From: Octopus vulgaris
Taxonomy: Eukaryota
DNA length: 64,000 bases
Assembly: GCA_951406725.2 (NCBI GenBank)
Contig: OX597827.1
Span: 43,152,001-43,216,000 of the forward strand
Direction: 5' to 3'
The position numbers and the translations under genes are program-made. The notes beneath the pieces were generated by a model. That model was given only the letters and a program-made list of their open reading frames with translations. It had not been told where the DNA came from and did no database searches. Positions 1 to 11,475 of this stretch are shown piece after piece. Each line of letters opens with the position of its first letter. Within the stretch, counting starts at the first letter, position 1.

Positions 1-139
1 AATTCCACTGAGGTCGACTTTGCCTTTTATCCTTTCGGGGTCGATAAATTAAGTACTAGTTGCATACTGGGGTCAATATAATCGACTGGCTCGCTTCCCC
101 AAAATTTCAGGCCTTGAGCCTATAGAGTAGAAAAGAATA
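1..139 (+). mobile_element. SINE family A (tRNA-derived head, Nin/Deu-like central domain), 5' part cut by window edge
   Basis: GTCGACTTTGCCTTTTATCCTTTCGGGGTCGATAAATTAAGTAC core and GGCCTTGAGCCTATAGAGTAGAAAAG tail, shared with many other copies in the window. Confidence 0.85.
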
Positions 140-362
140 TAGTTTGTTAGGAAGAGCACTCGGCTGCTGGACTAAACACATTGTAGTTTAAACATCCTAG
201 TTTCAAATAATGCTGGGGGTCATCTTCACCTTTCATTTCTATCGGTGTTGCCAACTGTGTAGTGCAGTGTAATGGGGTAGATCAATGTATTTGTCTGTAC
301 CCTTCATTCAGCAGTTATGGCATTGGGCCAATTGTTGGAAACTTAATAGTTTGTTTATTATT

Positions 363-915
363 ACGGTAGCAAGCTGGCAGAACTGTTAGCACACCAGGCA
401 AAACGCTTGGCGGAATTTCGTCTGTTGTTGAATGTTCTGAGTTCAAATTCCACTGAAGTTGACTTTGCCTTTCATCTTCTTGGGGTTATTAAAATAAGTA
501 CTAGTTGAACTTTGGTGGGGCTAGGGAGGGGATCAATGTAAGTGACTTAGCCCCCACCCTGTGAACTTGCTGGCGTTGTGCCGAAATTTGGGGTCAATAG
601 TTTGTTTATTGTTTAGCATGTGAAGATTGATTTTCAGAGAAAGAAAAAAGGAAGAAAAAGGGGGAGGACTATCAATTGAGAGCGGAGAGTAAAAGAAAGA
701 GGATGGACTAGCAAGAGGGAGATGAAATGGGGAAGAACCCAAGTGTTATTCACCATGTCCAACTCTTACCTTCCAAGTTCAAATCCTGCTAAAGTCAGCT
801 TCACCTTTTATCTTTGTGCGCTCAATAAAATAAAGTACCGATCAAACAGTATGGTTGATGGGGGTCAACTAATTCCACCCCACCTAAATATTGCTGACCT
901 TGTGTTCAAGTCAGA
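363..915 (+). mobile_element. Two diverged SINE family A copies (approx. 363-595 and 765-915)
   Basis: A-box-like GCTGGCAGAACTGTTAGC, B-box GAGTTCAAATTCC, core GACTTTGCCTTTCATC; second copy more degenerate. Confidence 0.75.
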
Positions 916-927
916 AACCATTACTGC

Positions 928-1249
928 CACTCCGCCAGTTACGATGATGAGGGGTCCCAGTTGATCCAATGAGCAGAACAGCCTGCTTGTGAAATTAATG
1001 TGCATGTGGCTGGGCACTCCACAGACACACGTACCCTTAACATAGCTCTCATGGAGATTCAGCGCGACACAAAATATGACAAGGCTGGCCTTTTGAAACA
1101 CAAGTACTACTCATTTTTGCCAGCTGAGTGGACTGGAGCAATGTAAAATAAAGCGTCTTGCTCAAGCTCATAATGTCTCACCAGGAATTGAACTAATGAC
1201 GTTACGATTGTGAGGCAAATACCGTAACCCCTAAACCATGCGCTTTCAC
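928..1249 (-). mobile_element. SINE family C (tRNA-derived head, Meta/V-like core)
   Basis: Reverse complement of the copy at 23462-23778; contains CCAGCTGAGTGGACTGGAGCAA and GTCTTGCTCAAG. Confidence 0.8.
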
Positions 1250-1552
1250 CAAACCATTGTATTTATGCACGATTTGAAAGAGTGACATTTGCCCTTGGTC
1301 GCCAGGGTATTCGTGGCTGTTGGTTAGAGGGTTCCTTGATTGGCCCTGGGCATTTGTTTAACCACTGTTGGGACAGCCCCTTCCATACTATTTTTACACT
1401 GCTAGCACTGCTGCTCCTTTTCCCTTTATTTTATTCATTTCTGTCATAATTGATTCTGTGTGAACATCAACCATTTTTCTAATTTATCTTTCTACAATGT
1501 TCCTTTGCATCTAATGCCCCTTGTGGCAAATAAAAGACATTATCATCATCAC

Positions 1553-1585
<33 letters not shown>

Positions 1586-1983
1586 ATTGATTATTATGGT
1601 TATTATTGCGATTACTATTGTTGTTGCATTGTTATTGTTATTATTGTGCTCAAATTAGAAACAATTATTATAGTGGTTGTTTGTTAATTAGTATTATAAT
1701 AATTATTATTTTTAGTTTGAATTTTCTTCACATTTCCGATATGATCTTAATGACGCTTTCATCTCGACTCATTTAAGCTTCATTTTTTTTTTTTCTTTCC
1801 CCATTTTAAAAATTGTGTTTTATGTGATTGTTTAATTTTCATGATTATTATGATGCATTTTTTCATTTTCTCTCTCTCTCTCTCTCTCTCTCTCCCTCTC
1901 TTGTTAGCATTAATGATTTGCTCGGCTATAGATGTGGTGCATTCAAATCTAGAATAACACTGATGCATCACACATGCACATAT

Positions 1984-2041
<58 letters not shown>

Positions 2042-2044
<3 letters not shown>

Positions 2045-2478
2045 CGCAGGAGTGGCTGTGTGGTAACTAGCTTGCTTATTGACCACATGGTTCCAGGTTC
2101 ATTCTCATTGCATGGCACATTGGGTAAGTGCCTTCTAGTATAGCCTCGGGCCGACCAAAGCCTTGTGAGTGTATTTGGTAGATGGAAACTGAAAGAAACC
2201 CGTCATATATATGTAAATATATGCATATGTATATATATGTATGTGTATGTGTATATGTTTGTGTGTCTGTGTTTGTATACCCCCACCCCACCAACATCAC
2301 TTGATAACCGACGCTGGTGTGTTTACTTCCCCCATAACTTAGCGGTTCAGCAAAAGAGACTGACAGAAATAAGTACTAGGCTTACAAAGAATAAGTCCTG
2401 GGGTCGATTTGCTCGACTAAAAGCAGTGCTCCAGCATGGCCGCAGTCAAATGACTGAAACAAGTAAAAGAGTAAAGGG
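2042..2478 (+). mobile_element. SINE family B, full length (tRNA-derived head, CORE-like segment, internal TA/TG microsatellite)
   Basis: A-box TGGCTGTGTGGT, B-box-like GGTTCATTCTC, GGCACATTGGGTAAGTG core, 3' end GACTGAAACAAGTAAAAGAG; sits in (TA)n. Confidence 0.9.
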
Positions 2479-2515
<37 letters not shown>

Positions 2516-2628
2516 CTAGCAATCTATGTACATATATAAAACCATTTTTAAGTGCTGCAACAGATAATTCTGCATATTGCCATATGTTATGCACTTTTCC
2601 ATCCACAGACTGTTCTCTTCTAGGTGCT

Positions 2629-2663
<35 letters not shown>

Positions 2664-3134
2664 GTGTGATTGTGTTTCCATGTGTGTCTATGTATATTTA
2701 TATATTTGCAGATATGCTGGTGTATAAAATGGATGCACCTACATGTGCATGTGTGTGTGTGTGTATACATGCACTCAAACATGCCTTCACATGTGTGTTT
2801 GTGACGGATTCGTTTTTCGAAGCATCAAGTGATGCTATGCAGTGTAAGTGACTCTGTGCACATGTTGCTGTGTAATGTGCACACATGTATGCATATATCT
2901 GCACGCGGGCGGGTTTGTGCGTGTGTGTGTGTGTGTGTGTGTGCATGTGCGTGTGTGTGCACACATGCGAGCGAGTGTGCTTTTCGGTTAGCTAGCGTGG
3001 AGCAGTTTACCTTGTACCCTACTTTCGAGCCAGTGATAACACTGTATATATACACTCGCTGTATGTGGTGGAAATACCGCGGAATTAACTCACATGGTAA
3101 CAAGAGAACATGCTTGCTGAATTTAGCTTCTGAA

Positions 3135-3426
3135 TAGCAGCAGCAGCAGCAGCAGTAGCAGCAACAGCAACAGCGGCAGCAAATGCATAAGCTGACACAC
3201 CACTGCTTTCCTTTGCTGTTGCCTTACTGGCAGTAGATTCAGTGTCATCCATCATCATCATCATCATCATCATTGTTGTCGTCGTCGTCATAGTGGTATC
3301 GTCATCATCATCATCATCATTATCGTTGTTGTCGCCGTCATCGTAATGGTGTTGTCATCATCGTTGGCTCATCCTCATCATCACCACCACCACCACCAGC
3401 AGCTGTGACAGTAATGAACTAGGATG

Positions 3427-3494
<68 letters not shown>

Positions 3495-3498
3495 TATG

Positions 3499-3531
<33 letters not shown>

Positions 3532-3662
3532 TTGATGATGATGATAGAAGTAACAGCAGCAGTGGTAGCAGCTGAGTGGAATTAAATCACTACCATTAAC
3601 AGGGGAGATGTTGGTGGTGGTGGTGGTGGTATTGGTAGTGGTGGTGGTTGTGGTGGTGGTGT
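3135..3662. repeat. Compound trinucleotide microsatellite (CAG, TCA, CCA, then TAA, TGA, TGG)
   Basis: Directly visible. Confidence 0.9.
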
Positions 3663-4220
3663 TAGTAAAAGTATGGGACTAGCATGAAGAACATGGACAG
3701 AAAAACCCCAGTAACAATAACAATGGCAATAGTTTTAAGAACAGCTGAAGAAATAGTTGTTGTTGCTATGGTTGTTGTTTGTGATGGTGGTGGTGGCGGT
3801 GGTGGTAGATTTAATCAATGGATGGTGGGAGTAGGTATGTGATCCGAGAGCATGGGAAAGATGAGAGGAAAATGCGTTATCGCAAGAAAAGAAATAATGG
3901 GAAAAAGATAGATGAGTCGATAAGGAGGTAGGGTAGTGTAGGTAGGTAGGTAGGTAGGTAGGTAGGTAGATAAAAAGATTGACAGAGATGTGAGCACATG
4001 TCATATATATATATATACCCACCCATACACATATATTTATATATATAGAGAGAGAGTGAGAGAGAGAGACAGATAGACAGACAAATAGATACAGGGAGAT
4101 AGAGAGAGAGAGGTGGGGATAGCTTGATGGGTAGGTGTATATACCTGTAGAAAGTGAGGTGAAAATTGAAAAGGCTGTTGAGTGTGATAAGAGATACAGA
4201 GGTACACAAAGGGAAAGAGG

Positions 4221-4252
<32 letters not shown>

Positions 4253-4629
4253 ATGTGATAAGATAGATAAATAAACCAACAAATTTTTTAAAAAATTACA
4301 AATTGCTGGAAAGAGAGAGAGAAAGAGAAATATGAAGGGTAGAAATAATGATATGTCAAGTTATATATTGGGTGGGTGGATGGAAGATCCTTCTACCCCT
4401 TTCCCATGTATTCCAGTAGTTTTCTTACTCTCCGCTCCCACCATCCGCATTCCTTTCCCCATTCTGTGAACTTTTTACTGCTTCCTTGCTGCTGTTTCAG
4501 TGAATGAACGAAGGTCCCAGATGAAATCCCTTATGGAATTTTCCTTGCATGTCAGGAGTCGAAAGCCTGGCATAAGAGCTGACTTTTCCTTCCATTCCAT
4601 TACTCTGGGGTTTGGTAAAATGCATGACG

Positions 4630-4972
4630 CTACTCATGGCCAATTGGTGGTTGACTTTGGTGGAATTGAAACTCAGGACCTCAAAGACTGAGGAAATGCT
4701 GCTAAACATTTTGCCCATCGTGCTAACAGTTCTTTGTTTGTTTTTTTTTCTTTTGTATTCTGCTCTAAGCACAAGGCCTGAAATTTTGGGGGAGGTGGGG
4801 GCCAGTCAATTAGATCAATCCCAGTATACAACTGGTACTTAATTTATCAACCCCCCTCCTCCCTAAAGGATGAAACGCAAAGTCAACCTCGGCAGAATTT
4901 GAACTCAGAATGTAAAGACGAAATACCGCTAAGCATTTCACCCCATGTGCTAACGGTTCTGCCAGCTCACTG

Positions 4973-5023
<51 letters not shown>

Positions 5024-5250
5024 TAATAATTATAAACCTTCCTGCTATAGGCACAAGGCCTGAAATTTTGGGTGAGGGAGACTAGTTAGTTTTATCAACC
5101 CCAGTGTTTCACTGGTACTTAATTTATCAACCATGAAAGGATGAAAAATTAAGTTGACCCCAGCAGGATTTGAACTCAGAACATAAAGAGGGACAAAATG
5201 CAACTAAGCATTTTGGCCGGTATACTAACGTTTCTGCCAGCTCGGCAGCT
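4630..5250 (-). mobile_element. Cluster of three SINE family A copies (approx. 4630-4730, 4755-4975, 5037-5250)
   Basis: GGAATTGAAACTCAG / GAATTTGAACTCAG (reverse B-box) and CTGGTACTTAATTTATCAACC; (TAA)n between copies 2 and 3. Confidence 0.8.
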
Positions 5251-5251
5251 C

Positions 5252-5290
<39 letters not shown>

Positions 5291-5298
5291 TAGTAGTG

Positions 5299-5343
<45 letters not shown>

Positions 5344-5783
5344 AGAACAACAACAACCTAAATGGTTTCTAATTTAGGCACAAAGCCAGCAACTTTGAGA
5401 AGACAGGGGTTAGTCAATTAAATGGGACCTTATAGCACTTTAGTTTATCAGTCAAGTACTGGGGTTGATATAAACGCTTAAGCCTCACCACCGCCACTAC
5501 CACCACCACCACCACTACCACCACCACCACCACCACCACCATCATTATCACCGTCCCCACCAAAATTTCTGGCCTTGTGCCTAAATTAGAATCATTTAAT
5601 GTAGAGTGAGAGATAAGCCTTCCTTAATGTTGAATGTGCACTCACTATAGAAGAGATGGATTTGGATAGGGGACAGGGGATAGATGGATGGGTTAGTTAA
5701 ATGGATGTAAATGTGGTTCGATAGAATGGTGGACAGATGCTGGAAACCACAAAGGGAAGTAGATCGACGAGCACAGATATTGG

Positions 5784-5827
<44 letters not shown>

Positions 5828-5833
<6 letters not shown>

Positions 5834-6345
5834 ATATATTATATATATGTATATGTACATATGTATGTTTTAATACCTGTATATGAATATGTGTGTATAT
5901 ATATATGTATATATATATGCACATATGTATGTGTGTCTCTCTCTATATATATGTGTGTTTGTGTGTGTGAATGAATATACATCATATATATGTATATGTG
6001 CATATGTATGTTTTTATACATGTATATGTTTATGTGTGTATATATATGTATATGTGTGTATATATATGTATATGTATATATATATATATGTACATATGTA
6101 TGTGTCTTTCTCTGTATATGTGTGTGTTTGAGTGAATATACATTATATATATGTATATGTGCTTATGTATGTTTTTATACATGTATATGTATATGTGTGT
6201 ATATATATGTATATATATATATGTACATATGTATGTCTCTCGCTGTATATGTGTGTATGTGTGTGTGTGTGTGAGTGAATATACATATATATATATATAT
6301 GTACAAATGTATGTGTGTGTGTCTCTCTATGTGTGTGTGTGTGTG
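5828..6345. repeat. Higher-order tandem duplication (~145-160 bp, about 3.5 units) of degenerate TA/TG sequence
   Basis: GAATATA...ATATGTATGTTTTTA...TGTCTCTC block recurs near 5828, 5971, 6132 and 6276. Confidence 0.6.
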
Positions 6346-6749
6346 GTGTTGTTTAGGTGAAGCATTGTGAAACAGAAGTTAAAAGTGGTTTGGAAAGCTG
6401 CTACAAGTTGGAAACGCAGGAGTGTTCTTATTCTTGTTTGCACTCCTTTTACTTCACAACGTTGCGTTGTAGTGGCTTTTCAGAGCATTTCAAACCACAC
6501 ACACACACACACAGAAATATATCCAAGACACGTATATGACCATGAACCTTTCTAGTCTTTTCTGTTGTTTCATCATGTATCTGTGTGCGTGCTTGCGTGT
6601 ATGCGCGTGTGTATGTGTGTGTGTGTGCATGTGTGCTCACTTGTGCATACAGACATACTTACGCATACATACATACATACATGTGTGTGTATGTATGGTT
6701 GTGATCTTATCCAGGCCTTGTTTCGTCACTTATGTTCTTTTGTCTTCTA

Positions 6750-6801
<52 letters not shown>

Positions 6802-7104
6802 TGCACGTATATATGCTCAAACACACACACTCACGCACATACAACCTTTCTCCCTCTCACACACACATATTCCCCCACACACTTGTATGGCATAGATCAA
6901 ATCCATTCTCGTATTGATTGGTTTATGAGGTAACTGCGTGCATATAAGCACACCTACTCACCCGGACAGCTACTCATACACACACACACACACACACATA
7001 CACACACACATATAATTATGCACGTCCTTGTTTTATGTATAACATTACATTTACATCTGTTTCTCATATTTAATACATAATCAGATACAAATCTCATACA
7101 TGAA

Positions 7105-7145
<41 letters not shown>

Positions 7146-7320
7146 TTATATATGCATCTGCATATATTATTACATCATTGCAATCAATTTGGTAACCGAG
7201 GATGACTATCCTGATCTGAAAATATCTTAAATATACTTTTATCCATTGGATCATTACTTTCCTCAACATCAATATATATATACATTTTTTTATGTTTATT
7301 GTATGAGAAACATCGGCATG

Positions 7321-7645
7321 GCTCTCGATTGGTTATGACGACGAATGTTCTAGTTTGATCTGATCAAGCAAATGGCCTGCATGTGAAATTAACATGCAAG
7401 TGGCTGAGCGCTCCATAGACACGCCTACCTGCAATGTAGTTCTCAGGGAGATTCAGCACGATATAGAATGTGAGAAGGCTGACACTTTTGAATTAAAGGA
7501 ACAACTCATTTTTGCCTGCCGACTAGACTGGAGCAACGTGAAATAAAGGGTCTTGCTCAAGGACATAATGCACCACTCAGAGTTGAACTCACAGCCTTAT
7601 GACCGTGCGCAGAATGCCTCTAGCGGCTAAGCCACATACCTTCAC
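7321..7645 (-). mobile_element. SINE family C
   Basis: GACTGGAGCAACGTGAAATAAAGGGTCTTGCTCAAGGACA and reverse A-box CTAAGCCAC. Confidence 0.8.
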
Positions 7646-7939
7646 CTGAGAAAAATAAATCTCTCAAAGGATTACTATTTGGTCGACTTACTTAAATAGA
7701 TCCTGAGAGTGAGACAACCGCTTACCAGCTGGTATACAAAGTTGGCTGTTGATCAGATTTTGAACGATGGATAGATGGATGAAATACGACTACCTAGGTG
7801 CAATCTGGGGTTTGAATAACCCCCTGATTGTGCAAGGGTATCTTATTGCTGGAAGACCAAAGACATCCAATGACTGCTGGTAACATCGCTGATAACATGT
7901 CCAGGCAGGATGATGAACTTCAGCAAAACTATACATATA

Positions 7940-8344
7940 CTCTTTTACTTTTTTACTTGTTTCAGTCATTTGACTGTGGCCATGCTGGAGCACCGCCTTT
8001 AGTCGAGCACATCGACCCCAGAACTTATCCTTTGTAAGCCTAGTACTTATTCTATCGGTCTCTTTTGCCGAACCGCTAAGTTATGGGGATGTAAACACAC
8101 CAGCATCGGTTATCAAGTGATGTTGGGAGGACAACAGACACAAACACACACACACTCACACATATACATATACATATATACGACAGGCTTCTTTCAGTTT
8201 CCGTCTACCAAATCCACTCGCAAAGCTTTGGTCAGCCCGAGGCTATAGTAGAAGACACTTGCCCAAGGTGCTACGCAGTGGTACTGAACCCGGAACCATG
8301 TGGTTGGTAAGCAAGCTACTTACCACACAGCCACTCCTGCGCCT
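7940..8344 (-). mobile_element. SINE family B, full length
   Basis: Close reverse complement of 2042-2478. Confidence 0.9.
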
Positions 8345-8404
8345 AAGTTATATATTTACTAACTTACTAAAGTTATATATTTACTAACTTTTACAACGAA
8401 ATGG

Positions 8405-8486
8405 CTGGCAGTGACTTCAAAGTCTCAGCTTGCTTGTCTTCATTTGATTGTAGGTGAATGAGCCGAGACTTCGAAGTCACTGTCAG
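8405..8486. repeat. Inverted repeat with 26-bp arms and 30-bp spacer
   Basis: CTGGCAGTGACTTCAAAGTCTCAGCT ... AGCCGAGACTTCGAAGTCACTGTCAG (3 mismatches). Confidence 0.85.
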
Positions 8487-8584
8487 TCTTTTCTTGAAAA
8501 CATTAATAAAGTGTGTACTCAGCTAATAGGTATTTAATGCTCCTTCAGTTTTGACGTTAAATTGTTTTTATATTCAACTTGAAG

Positions 8585-8630
<46 letters not shown>

Positions 8631-8789
8631 GTGAGAGAGAGAGATAGATTCAGTGAAGAATAGAGAGCAGTATTGTCAGAAACACTTCACTGTTATTTGT
8701 GTGTCATTAAGTGTAATGGACATTCCCTTCTGTGACATAGAATTGGACATTCCCTTCTGTGATACAGAAACACAGTATGTATGAAACAT

Positions 8790-8849
<60 letters not shown>

Positions 8850-9250
8850 ACATGCAATAACATAGTCATTGTGTATTTGGTGCCAAGCCTTGATCAGCTA
8901 GGATCAACAATGAACATACTTGTAGTTATGGTAACCGTATTAATCTCCGATGACCAAGTGTGTGTGCTGTAGTTCGGTTAGTACAGTCTAGCTTACAGTT
9001 ATGGTTGTGGTCATTTTGGCCAGTTGTGTAATGCAAGGTTATACAGTAACCGCCATTGTCGGTCAAGTTTTAGATAATAATTTTTAGCCCCCCCCCCATT
9101 GAGCAGGACCATGATTACAGGTGTTTTAGCCAAACCTCTCCTCTGTCTTTCATATCTTCTAAACATAATATGTGCTTAGCAACATGCATGCTATGGGACT
9201 AAGATGGAAATCATGTGGTCAAGGAGCAGCATACCTATTTTAGTGCTGAC

Positions 9251-9715
9251 CAGAGTTGACCAAAAGGCAGAAATGTTAGCACACTGGGTGAAATGCTTAG
9301 CGGTATTTCATCTGCCGTTATGTTCTGAGTTCAAATTCCGGCAAGGTCGACTTTGCCTTTCATCCTTTTGGGGTCAATACATCAAGTACCAAATATGCAC
9401 TGGGGTCGATGTAATCAACTTAAGCCCTTTGTCTGTCTTTGTTTGTCCCCTCTACGTTTAGCCCAATGCAATAAAGAAATAAGGGTTGACCAAAAGTCAC
9501 CTGAGTGTAGATCAAAATTCCATGAATACTATCTGTAATTCTGTATTGACTTGAATGGAAAAATGTGTTGCTCAAGAAGGACTTCAGTTTGAACAATTTT
9601 CATGATGTTTCATATTTAGATGCTTTTATTTTAATTCATTCATTTGTTAAACATAAATAAATCTTGAGAATTAAATGGTTTTGATTTACTGTCAGGTGAC
9701 TTTTGGCCAACCCTG
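9251..9715 (+). mobile_element. Internally deleted Tc1/mariner-superfamily element, left TIR interrupted by a SINE
   Basis: TIRs AGGGTTGACCAAAAGTCACCTGA (9482-9504) and TCAGGTGACTTTTGGCCAACCCT (9692-9714); interior translates as DQNSMNTICNSVLT*MEKCVAQEGLQFEQFS*, resembling an ITm transposase C-terminus. Confidence 0.75.
9267..9481 (+). mobile_element. SINE family A, slightly 5'-truncated, with 15-bp TSD
   Basis: Flanks AGAGTTGACCAAAAG (9252-9266) and AGGGTTGACCAAAAG (9482-9496). Confidence 0.85.
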
Positions 9716-9730
9716 TCTATATATGTTACA

Positions 9731-10263
9731 ATGCTGGTACCACATAAAGTGCATCCATGTGGATGCCATGTTGATAAAACCCATGTAGCTGTCATATAAG
9801 AAGCACCTGTGCGAGTGCTACATATAGATCACCTGTGCTGGTGCCACATGTTAAGCATCTGTGCTGGTGCCATCTTTAAAGCACCTATGTTGGTGCCATG
9901 TATAAAGTGCCCATGCTGGTACCACACATAAACGCACTTGTGTTGGTGCCATGTATAAAGTGCCCATGCTGGTACCACACATAAACGCACTTGTGTTGGT
10001 GCCATGTATAAAGTGCCCATGCTGGTACCACACATAAACGCACTTGTGTTGGTGCCATGTATCATGTGCCCATGCTGGTACCACATAAACACATTTGTGT
10101 TGGTGCCATGTGTAAAGCACCCCGTACACTCTGTAAGGTGGTTGGCATCAGGAAGGGCATCCAGCTGTATAGAACCCATGCCGAAACAGACAGTTGGAGT
10201 CTGGTGTGGCACTCTTGCTTGCCAGCATGGAAGATGGACATTAAATGATGATGATGATGATGA
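9731..10263 (+). mobile_element. Repeat family D (RTE-tailed SINE-like element) with expanded internal minisatellite
   Basis: GGCATCAGGAAGGGCATCCAGCTGTA body, CCAGCATGGAAGATGGACATTAAA(TGA)n tail; homologous to 42503-42779. Confidence 0.75.
9881..10115. repeat. 53-bp tandem repeat, about 4.5 units, each a dimer of 26/27-bp monomers
   Basis: GCACTTGTGTTGGTGCCATGTATAAAGTGCCCATGCTGGTACCACACATAAAC at 9881, 9934, 9987 and 10040. Confidence 0.95.
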
Positions 10264-11060
10264 TGGTAGTTGTAGTGGTCACTTGATCTCATTTTGTAAT
10301 GAATGTGAAGTAGCTCATGGTCAGTACTGACCATGTGTTTTTTATGCAATTTCATAGTAGTCATTTTGGACAGCCATGCAGTGCACGTGACCAACAACAG
10401 TCAGCGCTGACAATGGTCACTGCTGTTGTTCCAGCCAGCCTTGCAGCAGCAAATGATAATGGAATGTAACTGTTTCTAAAATATCCGTCAGATAGTTGTC
10501 CATCCTGTTCCTCTGTGCACTTTGACCTCACTTTGTTTTTGTTTTTGTTTTTTTCAAGCTTTATCTAAACGTCATTCCTATCTCTTTCCCCCATCAAGTT
10601 GGACCACTCCACTGGGAGTGGAAGTGTGTTTTATGGCCGTATTATTTGGGAAAAGTGAAATAAATGTTTATCGACTTTACGTTGGCTTTGGAGTGGCTAT
10701 TTCCCCATTTCAGTAAAAATGGATTATCTATTGTGTACAGTACATCACCAGTTCGTTAGTACTCGCACTATGTACTCACATGCATGTGTATGTATGTATG
10801 TGTGTATGTGTGTTTGTATGTCAAAGTAGGACGTAAATGTATACCTACATACATATTAGTGCTAACATGCTATCTTAAAGATAGCAGAGTATTGTTGGAG
10901 CAGATTTATTTCGAACAACCACACCTATTCCTTCAAATATCTATGTATCTCCCAATCTGTTTATCCACCTATTCATCTGGATAGTTGTGTTTGTGTATCT
11001 GAGTTTGAAGGATTAAAATGTTTGTGCGTATATGTATACACACACAATTAGGTTGAAATA

Positions 11061-11075
11061 AGAACAACAACAACA

Positions 11076-11170
<95 letters not shown>

Positions 11171-11253
11171 ACAATAATAATAATAATAATAATAAGAAGA
11201 AGAAGAAGAAGAAGAACAACAACAACAACAACAAGAAAGATAATAATAATCAT
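11061..11253. repeat. Compound trinucleotide tract (CAA)(CTA)n(TAA)n(GAA)n(CAA)n
   Basis: Directly visible. Confidence 0.9.
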
Positions 11254-11310
11254 AAAAAGTTACAGGACTGATTATAGAAGTATATCTACACAAATATTAA
11301 TATATACATG

Positions 11311-11372
<62 letters not shown>

Positions 11373-11431
11373 TGTATGTGTGTGTGTATGTGTGTATATA
11401 CATATATATAATATATGTATATATGTGTGTG

Positions 11432-11475
<44 letters not shown>

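Noticed and set aside
6357-6539. Cys-rich short ORF after a TTTAG acceptor-like site
   Set aside because: No recognisable domain or clear donor site, and it runs into (CA)n; the hairpin explains the island better.
7670-7930. Possible LINE fragment (RMDEIRLPR resembles RTE 'RM...RLP')
   Set aside because: Similarity is too short and too degraded to call by eye.
9881-10115. CRISPR-like periodic array
   Set aside because: Units are contiguous with no unique spacers, there are no cas genes, and the context is eukaryotic.
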